Assembly: GCA_964304625.1 (NCBI GenBank)
Contig: OZ199838.1
Coordinates: 15,678,581 to 15,742,580, forward strand
Source of the DNA: Kudoa neothunni
Lineage: Eukaryota > Animalia > Cnidaria
Direction of reading: 5' to 3'
DNA length: 64,000 nucleotides
Part shown: positions 13,232-23,358 of the stretch, piece by piece
Layout: every line of letters begins with the position of its first letter
Numbering within the stretch: position 1 is the stretch's first letter
Notes under the pieces: generated by a model
Told to the model about the DNA's origin: nothing
The model's database searches: none
What the model saw: only the letters and a program-made list of their open reading frames with translations
Made by a program: the position numbers and the translations under genes

Positions 13232-13755
13232 TTATCAAATAACGATAGCAGCAGAACGCCGAGAGTAATAACAGACGCTAAATTTTTCTAGATTCTACCA
13301 TTTTTTCTCTATCTAAAAACTGGCAGATGAATGTCTTGAAACACTTTTTTAACGAAGTATGTTTCTTTGACTTTATTTTCTTGTAAATTATATTTTGTTG
13401 TAGTGATAATTTCACATTGCAATATTTACAGTCTAATCCATTTTCCATCTTCTTCTTATCGATCCATTCAACAAAAGAAAACTATCAATTTCTCTCCGGG
13501 TTCTAACCATTACAAATTTGCGAAAAATTTCGAATTGAATTTCCCCAAAAAATAAACGTCGAAACTTTTTAAAAATTCGACGTCTAAATTCGATTTTAAT
13601 CGAAATCGCTGCCCTATTAATAAGGTAGTGGCTGTTGCAAAAAATATTAGTAATCCTAAATGCATTTACGCATGCGTTTATTCTATTTTTAATCGCGGTA
13701 ACTCCCGTTTATAGATGATATATAAAGTTTGTTTTTTAGTACCTAATGTATTAAA

Positions 13756-14014
13756 TTATTGTTGGCCCATCTACATCGCTTTTATGATCCAAAGAATCAT
13801 TAACTACAGTCAAAACTACACTCACTTGGATATCATGATCCGTTGCATTAGCCACTTCCTTTAGTCATACAACTAATAAATCCAAAATAATTACACCCTT
13901 GTATCTATCGAAATATATTATTGAATTATATCATTTTTAACGAAATTTTTATATAAATTAGTATCATGTATATGTTTTGGAGGGTGTAGTTTGTTTGCAA
14001 GTGTACGGACCCAT
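13756..14014 (-). other. Candidate multi-exon micropeptide or lncRNA gene divergent from FAM32A (MGPYKGEVANATDHDIQMGQQ*)
   Basis: Segments 14014-14007, 13904-13895, 13858-13826, 13770-13756 are separated by GT-AG introns of 102, 36 and 55 nt and join in frame. No homology recognised. Confidence 0.35.
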
Positions 14015-14339
14015 TACGACATCAAAACCGCGTCCACAATGTGCTTCATCTCATTGTTAGTCATTTGTGTATGCATTACATTATGTAATTAAAAACAAAA
14101 TTTCAAATATAGAAAAATTTTCTTTAATTGGTGCGCATGACATTACGTTGTAATTTATTATTGCACAGTGAATCAGAATTTATTATTCTAAATCAAGACT
14201 ATGCGATATTACAAAATTCACCAAAAATACTCATATGTTCTCATGAGAAAATCTCAGCAACTATAATGAATAGTATAATAATGAGTATTAATGTTTTATC
14301 CCGAATGCGTGCGTCACTTTAAGATATATAAGGGATATA

Positions 14340-14832
14340 ATGGATGATGAATATGAAATTAATTCGGTGGGAGGTAGTTTAAAATTGAAACAACCGATAA
14401 AACAAGTAAAAAAGTAACGAATCCAACCTCTGCAAAACTTAACAGTTTGACTTCTAAGAGCCGGAAAAAAAAAGAAAACGAAAGAAAGAAAAAAAATAGT
14501 TCAAATGGAAGAAGATAACAAGGAGGCTAGCATAGCTGAGGTGATTACACCATCTGCACCAAAGACGAAACAAACAAAGACGGCTGCAGAAGTATCGTTT
14601 GAGAAAGCTCAACAAAAGAGGGTAAACAGTTGATAATACTTTTTTCCCTGACAAAATTCAAAATAGATGGAAGAAAGAATCAAGAAGAAGGCGCAAACTT
14701 CACACCGAGAGCAAGTGGAAGTAGATTAACTTGGAAAATGAATTTTTATTCAATGATTTATAGAAATTGAATGAAAAATTGGAGAACCTTACAGAACATT
14801 ACGATATTCCTAAAGTGAGTTGGACAAAATAA
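14340..14832 (+). CDS. FAM32A: FAM32A, spliceosome exon-ligation factor, 119 aa, 4 exons (absent from ORF track)
   Basis: Exons 14340-14413, 14459-14621, 14667-14720, 14764-14832. N-terminal GGSLKLK, KTAAE, SHREQVE and the diagnostic C-terminus LTEHYDIPKVSWTK*. Confidence 0.95.
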
Positions 14833-15336
14833 TTCGGACTGTTACATATCATTTTGTTACATTTTTATGTGATATATTTAATTTTTGTGTTGTTTGCTGA
14901 TAATAATTATAACACGAGCTCTGTTGATCGCATATAATTGATTCATATTAATTCGATTATGTATTGATTTTATGTGTAGCATGAGATGGAAAAAATAGTA
15001 GATGGTCGCGGAATACATTAACTATTAATATTGAGGTTATTGGGGATGAAATTGGGTTGATTTTTGATAAGCCATTCAATAAGGGTGATAATGTGGTTTT
15101 GGAATTAGCAATAAACCGATAAGAAATTAACAATTAATAAAAGTCGTTAACCAGTTTAAAAAATGTGGACCAAACATACCAATTTCCAAAATCGATATGA
15201 CGATGATTGTACTCACTGTGAACAATTATGAGTATTGGAGTGGTCTCTAGAGAAACAATGCACCCAATAAAGCCATAAATAAATAGCATTAAGTATCCGC
15301 TTTCGACATGGACCGAAAATATATTAATTAATTCCT

Positions 15337-16408
15337 ATGATTGATGAGTGGTCAGGAAAGGTGTTTCGAATTGCAGTGATAGGTTGTCAGTATGTAGGAA
15401 AAACGTTTGCGATCCATAAATCATTATTGGAGGAAAAGTTGACACCAAACGACTATGTAGGTGGAATTGGGCACCAGGGTTGTCCACTAACAGCTCTTAT
15501 GTCTGTCTATGATTATGTCTGTGTCCATGATTATGTCTGTGTCTATGATTATGCGTTGTGTTTAGGTGTATAGAAAAACCAGGGGAGACACCTATGAAAT
15601 ATTGTATTTACGTGAGAAAGGTAGCAGCAATCACACGAAAGATATTATTCGATTATATGATACACCTCCATTAACTGTAAATAATGGATTTTTATTTTTT
15701 TCGTTAATAAATTCGGATGTAATTAGAACCAAAATCTAGAATCTATTTCAACTGTATACAATTATATTGCTGATGTAATTGCCACCTAGCCTATTCCTCC
15801 TCAATTACTACCTTATTTAAATGACACCTATAATTATTAAATAATATTATTTAATAATTAGGCCTTTATATTGGTTTTCGATTTGGATAATATGAATTCG
15901 TTTGAATTGTTGGTAAAATTCCGCCAAAAAATACTCAGCAATAAATCTCCACCAAAAGTACTCATTTAATTATCAATTAAAACAACACATTTTAATATGC
16001 GAATCTAGAATTTGTTCCATTTAGTGGGTGTTAGCAAAACAAAGTTGAATGTCTACGAAAATAAAGTATTAAATATAAATGCAGAAAATTGGGCTAGAAA
16101 CGAAAAAATTGGTAACCACTTCACATATTTATCATTATTATCATTATTATTATTATTATTACTAGACTAGACTAGACTAGACTAGATGTTTACACTGGGG
16201 CAATATTAATATTATTTTAATTTAGACTACATAGAAATCGACTCGAACAAATGTACAAATTTCCTCTCATGTATTCGTCATCTTTCAGACAAATTAAGCA
16301 GTTGTGGTGTGTTATTGATTCTACTATTTCTATGAACTTTCCTTTATTAATTTTTGGGTTGATTTAGTCGGATCAGAAAATAAGAAAAAATTATTTCGTA
16401 AAAAATAA
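15337..16408 (+). CDS. NKIRAS: kappaB-Ras (NKIRAS)-like small GTPase, divergent, ~7 exons
   Basis: P-loop GCQYVGKT, T-x-x-D-T-Y switch I, IRLYDTPP, ADAFILVFD...SFE, family-like WARNEKI, basic tail without CAAX, stop 16406-16408. Confidence 0.7.
15497..15555. repeat. ~18-bp tandem repeat (GTCTATGATTATGTCTGT) in intron 1 of the GTPase gene
   Basis: About three copies visible; explains VYDYVC repeats in the ORF track. Confidence 0.85.
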
Positions 16409-16420
16409 ACACAATCAATT

Positions 16421-17116
16421 TTATACAAAAATTATAGAACTGTTTTTAATGATTCCTTCTTCAATAACCAACTCTTTTATGTTTAACAATTTGGCGGGAA
16501 TATTATTGAGACACTCTTCTAATCCGCGCTCTTCATTCATTGTTTTACTGTATGTGGGGCAAGGATCGTTATCGATTACATTAGGATTAAATGTGGGTTC
16601 ATTATTGGTGGGATAATCACTCGGATTCGGGGACAACAACAGGTTGAAAATTTGTTGTTTTCTTGTAATCTGAGGATTTGATTGTCGTTGAGTTTCGTTA
16701 GAATATTTAAGGATTTTTTGAATAAAATCTACAGCTGTAGTTGTGGTTGAGTTGTTCATTGTGGGGATATTTTCAAAATTAACTGGATACAATTGTTCAA
16801 CCAGTGCCAACATCAAAATATGCACACCAGCGTAAATCAACATCACTTTAAGTATATGCGTGCGCACATATGAGCTTAATTTTGAATCATGGCTCAACCG
16901 AAAGTGGTAGCAATTAAAGTAACATCTACCCACTGTGAAAATTAGCCAAATTCAATTTTACCGCACTTTAGATGCTGAGATTATTGGCATTAACTTCCGG
17001 AGTCTTGTATGGACTCCATCGATATAGTATTTTCGAGAAAAGTTGTTATTGGTTATGAACCCCGCTTGTAGATTATTTGGAGGAGTTTTTCGAGATGAAA
17101 AGAACCTATGGTGCAT
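16421..17116 (-). CDS. Orphan ~219-aa protein with one predicted TM helix
   Basis: Exons 17116-16962 and 16925-16421 join in frame via a 36-nt GT-AG intron. Hydrophobic ILKVMLIYAGVHILMLALV followed by an N/T/P-rich region with NxS/T sites. Start codon uncertain. Confidence 0.55.
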
Positions 17117-17639
17117 TTCTACGCCATTATATCATGTTGGATAATAACAAATATAAATTGAACCAAAGTGTTGAAGGTACCTTTTGTCGAGCTGATAATT
17201 TTCTCATAATTTGATGTTTAGAAAACGTCAAATTATTCGAATTTGATACTTTAAGCCAGATTCCTGCCGCAGATTCATCATGAATAGCTATTTTACATTC
17301 TTCTAGCTTGTTTTTTGGTCATTTTCATTAATTAACACTCGTTATTTCTTATCTATATTCTGGCGATAACGATTTAGAATAGTTCTTAAATAATTGTCGT
17401 TGTATTTGCTGTTTGAAACTATTAAATGTGAAAATTTCAATGAATTTTAAGGCGCGAAAGAATATCCTCTTTACAACATTAGAAATGAGCAGATTAGATT
17501 TAAGTCATGATATCGGCAAAGTTGAATTCTGATGTTGCAAAGTTAGCAATCAACTTTAATATAATTAAATTAGTTAGAATTTTCATTTAATTTTGGGGAG
17601 GCTTTTTCTTTTTCGTTGTCTCTTAATTACTGCCAAGCT

Positions 17640-19000
17640 ATAACCTTTTGACCTCCCAACAGTCTTAACTTTACTAGGAAGTGTAAGATCTTAAACGTAA
17701 TAATACTTGCTACACTAAGTTATATAATTTTAATTCTGGAGGGTTTATTGATTCTCTGTTTTCGACATCAGTTATAATTTAATCCATAACTAAATTTTGT
17801 TTGTATCTTTTTCAATTCATTAATTACAATTTTACAGGAGAATGAAGTTAAGTGATCCCAATACTTTTTTTCAACCTCATTTTCAATATTCCTATAGGAT
17901 GTCTTAGATAATTCGGTCATTGTACGGCAAGTTTTGTTTGCTCTGAATGAATTCAAAAGAACCAAGAATTTTTTTATCATGCTCTTCAGTTTTGAACTAA
18001 GAGCTTTTAGTCGATTATTTGTTAAATTATTGTAAAAGTGTCGGGCTATACTGAATGATATGATCCATTGTGATTTAATTGGTTCCCAATTTTTCTTGCA
18101 ATAGATATTGAAATCCAAAATACTATAACTATGGAGCTCATCACATAAGTTTACATAGTCCACTTCATTTTAAGCATGCATCAATTTTTTAAGAATGCAT
18201 AATATGGATTCTTTTGTTTCATTATTAATATTATATTTCGCAAGTTTTAACTATCGTTGAAAAATCTGTATAACGCGAAATTTACAAATAAACATCTCGG
18301 CATTGGAAAAATGATTTTTCATAACTTTCCGAAGTTTTAAATTCTTATCAGTAACAATTGATATCAGTTCATGAATGTACCAGTCAACTACTACTTCGGT
18401 CTCCTCAAATATTGTACATGCACTATATAGGTGTGTCAAGCCCATAGAGTCTTCAGAAACCGTCAGATACAAGAGAGTCCTAAAATTAGGATAGATAACT
18501 TTAATATATTAAAATATTAAAAATAGCCGCGAGTCAAGTAATTTGTAGTTCGCGTCAATTGATATATGTTCTGGAAAAAATGAAATAACATCCTTCATTT
18601 TTTCATCCACGAATAGAATTGCACAAAGTCCGTTTGTTTCACCTGCTAATATTCTAACATCACAATTATAATCTTCCTTTAGTAATTTATAAAGAAAGTT
18701 CATATCAATCTTCCGCGTAGATAGATTTATTTTGATATTATGTATAGATTTCAATGTTATCATTTTACGAGTTTCTTGTTGGATTCTGGATTGAATCAAT
18801 TTTTTGTTGGCGCACAAAAAAACTAGTTCCGACACTCTTTGATCATTGCGATCAAATTTTCGTATGGAGGCAAAGATTTAAAAAACCTTGGGTTTGTTTC
18901 ATGATTTGTTTTTCTCGAATGTCCTTTGACCTGTCTCAATACCAATACTGGTCAATAAAATAACAAACATATTTGAAGGAGTAATAGTTGAATTTTTTCG
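17640..19000 (-). pseudogene. MULE/Mutator (ZSWIM3-like) transposase relic
   Basis: Colinear broken ORFs with FPEHISIDANYKL, VTDK...FSNAEMFICKF and NNLTNNRL..LSSKLK, matching MULE DDE blocks. Stops and frameshifts between fragments. Confidence 0.8.
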
Positions 19001-19567
19001 AAGAATCGGATCCTAAAATTAATTTTTCTAGATAATTTATTTTAATAAAAATTAATGTCCGTAATGCATCTATTTTTTGATGTAACTTTACAATATTCTT
19101 TTGATGATTACGAGTCTCCTCCTAAGACTATAGAAATTATAATAAATTTATTTATTCGACTGTTCATATGTTAAGTTTCTAGTAGAAATAGTCGATTAAG
19201 TTAGTTATGAATCGATTTTGAATGGAAATCTTATGCACCAATTCTAAAAAGTCCATACTCATCATATCAATCGATAAAATACGAATGAATATTAAAACGT
19301 ATAATTAACTCGTAAAAACTAAATTTTGATATTTAAGCACTTTCTTGGAATGGCTTTATATAAAAAAAATACAAACCATTAACAATTCTTAGTGACAAAT
19401 AACTCAACAAAGGGCAAGATCAGAAATCTTCAGCAATCGTTACTATTAAAATAAACCTAAAATGACATAATAAACTCTTAAAGTTCACATAAGCAATGCA
19501 AACAATCCACATTGTTAGGTGTAGTCACAAGCGTGCTCGGAGAGAACACGCGAGAAACTCGGAGACA

Positions 19568-20683
19568 ATGGAGGGTACGAAAGTGGTTGGTGTTGGGAAA
19601 AAGCAGAAGAAGGTTCCCAAAAGTAAAGCTCCAAAGAAAAGCAAGTTAGTTCAAAACGTAAATGATTGTTTGTATAATTCGGAGTCAATAATTCCACTTT
19701 ATTGTCATAGATCGGAGATTGTTTTTTGGAGTTCAAACTTTTATGTGTTTTCTCTGTTGACAACATGAGAAACGCAAGGTTGAAGACCATTCGAGAAAAC
19801 GATAAAAATTGCAGGTAGCTTTTTCATTCGCATTTAGCATGTAGCATACTTACGTGTCATGTTGCTTATGATATTTCTTCTCAAAAAATTTACCCGTATT
19901 ATACACTCTAATGAACTAATTATGAACGCTCTACTTTATCAACTACACATATAAACAATAGAATATTAAATTTATTGCATCATAACCAAAGAAAATAAAT
20001 TTCAATGGGTTTGCTTTGACTTAACACGCTCTGTAGATTCTTTATCGGTAACAACAAAGTAATGAGGATAGCTCTCAAAGATTACATGCCTGATGTGGAA
20101 AAATTCGATCAAGTTTATCTCATTTATCTCTAATATTTTCATTATATTTGATGATAGCAATTTAAAGGAGAGGTTGGCTTGCTGTTCACAAAATACACCC
20201 TTCCACAGCTCAACGAGTTATTCTTAACAATAACAACTCAAAATTAAGTAAACCTATAGGAAACTAGAAGAATGGGTCTATCCAGAATTCGCTAGGGCGG
20301 GAAACCCCTCGGTTGAGGACGTAACAATTCCAGAAGGTGAGTATTTAATCCAATCGCGCACGCGAAACAAATAATTTTTTGTGAAAGGTGAGATAGAAGG
20401 ACTAACCCAATCAATGGAATCTCAATTTCGATCACTAAATGTTCCTATTGTGGTGAAGGATGGGAGGTTGTATTTAGAGGAGGAATTTCATGTGTGTTCC
20501 ACCGACGACACATTATCTTCGACGCAATGCGCAATCCTTGTAATTTAATCTCATGGGATTTCGAATGATTTTCACCATTAGAAAACATTCAATTTCAAAA
20601 TGGCCGAGTTCAGAATCAACCCGATAGCAATGTACAAATTTGACGAAAAGTCGGATCGGTTTGTGGAAATCGATCTAGCTTAG
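19568..20683 (+). CDS. MRTO4: Ribosome assembly factor MRT4/MRTO4, 7 exons
   Basis: Spliced product has FSVDNMRN..LK.IR, RFFIGNNKVMRIAL, GEVGLLFT, FARAGN, SME..FRSL, QCAILK.F.FKMAEF. Stop TAG 20681-20683. An upstream in-frame ATG at 19496 is also possible. Confidence 0.92.
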
Positions 20684-20769
20684 TTTTGTTGTTATTAATT
20701 TTGTCACCGATTATTTCCGAGTATTTTAATTGCGCGCAGGTCTTATAAATTTAACGCTTTCGGCTCGCG

Positions 20770-23358
20770 ATGGGTTCATATAAAAGTCCTTCCAAACACG
20801 ACAATTTCTCGGATGAGGAGCGTCATGGTGGTTATCACAGAGAGCGCAAGGAAAGAAGACGTAGGGATGATTCGCGCGATTATGAGCGTCGAAGACGTCG
20901 AGACCGGTCACATGAAAGAAGTAGGAGAAGACGACGTGACAGTTCCGATGATCGTCATCACAAAAGAGATAGGTCACCACGTAGGCGTAGTGATAAATTG
21001 CCACCTATAGTTCAAAGTGAAAGTTCCATTCCATCCCATGTGACTCCAATGCTTTCGGAGTCGATGTCTCCGGTGACACATACAACTCTTACAGCTTCCA
21101 CTAGTTCGATCACAACAAATGCATCTATTAGCACAGCTCCATTACAAGTAAAAAGAAGAAAAGCTAGCAGGTTTGCACCTGAAACAGACCGATTTTCTGT
21201 TCCAGGTATACCCGTCGCGATTGCCGCCGAAATGGATGAGAAACAAAGAAAGTTATATTTGAGTAAGTTGATGTGTGGTTGATAATATTTGAAAATCGGC
21301 ATTTGTTTGTTGTAGCTCAATTGAGAATAGAAGAAATAGGGTTGAAATTGCGTACGGGCAATCTCGGTTTGAATGACCCCTACTTCGAACGGTAACTCAC
21401 ATTGTGAAGATTACTCCATAATTGTAATAATTAGTTCACCTTCGCCGGAACCAATTTATAATTCAATGGGTGTTCGACAAAATACTCGTGAATTACGCGT
21501 TCGACAAAAGTTAGAAGATGAACGACACAAACTTATCAACGAAGCCAAAGAGCTCAATCCAGATTACAAACCTCCACTAGACTATAGGTGATATGTAATT
21601 TTAGGCGGGCCAATTTTAATCTCGTTCATCATTTAGACCAACATCTAACAAAATTATCGATAAGGTCATGATTCCTCAAGATGTACATCCATCTATCAAT
21701 TTTATCGGTTTACTGATCGGTCCTAGAGGAAACACGTTGAAGCGGCTTGAATCCGAATCCAATACCAAAATTATTATTCGCGGCAAGGGTTCTTTGAAAG
21801 AAGGCAAACTTCGTACACAGCCGTTGCCAGGTGAAGATGAGCCATTACATGCGCTTGTAACCGCCAACAATCCTGAGGATTTACGTAAAGGCATGGCATT
21901 GGTAAGGATTAATTTGGATTTTCCTCATTGTACACCCTTTCAATGTAGATTCAAAGCATTATTGATGATGGTCTGGCCAATCCAGATGGAGATAATGAAT
22001 TGCGTCGAATGCAATTAAGAGAACTTGCTCAATTAAATGGAACATTAATTGCATCTGAAGTTTCTAGGTTGATTGTGCTTTGTGTTACGTTGTACATTAA
22101 TGTTGTATAGGTGTAAGAATTGTGGTTCGTCTGACCATCGTCATTGGGAGTGTCCGCAGGCTAAAAACATTACCAACATCACCGTTTGTGAGAAATGTGG
22201 CGGTGGTGGTCACATTGCTTCAGATTGTATTTATGATGGGTATCTATTAATTCATTGTTTTAGTTGGGTTGCGCCATTTGATGTAATAATTTGTAACTGT
22301 CTCATTTGATGATTGATGAAATTTTAACCTTAATCGTATTTGTACATTAAGCACCGTTGTTAGGAATAAAATTTTAATGTTGTGTGAACACTCACCGCAG
22401 ACCTGAGTTCAAATTGTTCCCTTGCGTTTGCGTCAATGTAGAATCAAAAACTATGTTTGTGATGTACGATTGTGATTATTGTTTGATTCGTTAACAGATT
22501 TGGAATCGGTCGTAAATTTAATTTCATACGTCAAATTTAAACTTTAGAACTTTTCGCTGTTAGGGTTTAAAGGCTACTGCACGCACTGCGTCATGTAATT
22601 CCGTCTGTCTAGTTTTAGTGATAGTTTAGCAGTGTTGTTGGTTGATTAATTAATTATTCTAACCTAGGGTTTTAGCTTGGCAACTTATTTGAATTTGATC
22701 CAGTAATATGTGCTTATTAAATTGTTTTAGTGAACGAGCTCAAACTGCAGAAGAAAAATCCAAACTGGATTCCGCATACAAAGAACTAATGACTGAATTA
22801 GGAGTTAAAAATGAAAGCGTCGGAGGCTCTGGTAATGGTGCTTTTGGTGGTGAATCCGATGGAAAGAATATTCCATCTATCCTTGCATTGGTATGGTTTT
22901 CGTTGCTAGGAATTGTTCTGTGATAATTTGATTGTTAGCCTAAAGTGGTGGTTTCTCAACTTCCCTGGGCAAATGCCGCGGGTGGTTTTCTTGGAACAAA
23001 CCTTTCTGGACCTCAACTTTCGCTTCCTTCCACCACTATGCCATCTATGCACAGTTCTATTCAGTCCATGCCATCTATGCATTACGGTGTGCCCTCCGCT
23101 GCTGCTATGGGATACCAATCCATGCAACCCGCCCACATGAGTTCCTTCGCTCCTGCGCCATTGGCAGAAGCATTTGGGTTGCCACAACCTACTGCCTACC
23201 CTCAAGTGCCTCCTCTATGGCCTAACATGAACCTATCCGATGCCACCACTAACAGCGGTATACCTGTTTCCGAGCTCCCCAGTGGTTCCACGAATGATGC
23301 TGTACCCTTTACCCAGGCAGATAATAATCAAAACAATGAGGAGGCCTCAAACAACTAG
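20770..23358 (+). CDS. SF1: Splicing factor 1 / branchpoint-binding protein (KH-QUA2, two Zn knuckles, Pro-rich tail), 8 exons
   Basis: RSPSPEPIYN, YKPPLDYR, INFIGLLIGPRGNTLK, IIIRGKGS.KEGK, QLRELAQLNGTL, CKNCGSSDHRHWEC, CEKCGGGGHIASDC. All junctions in frame. Confidence 0.97.

Noticed and set aside
22307-22406. Box C/D snoRNA in the SF1 intron (TGATGA...CTGA)
   Set aside because: No terminal stem and no rRNA-complementary guide that I could recognise.
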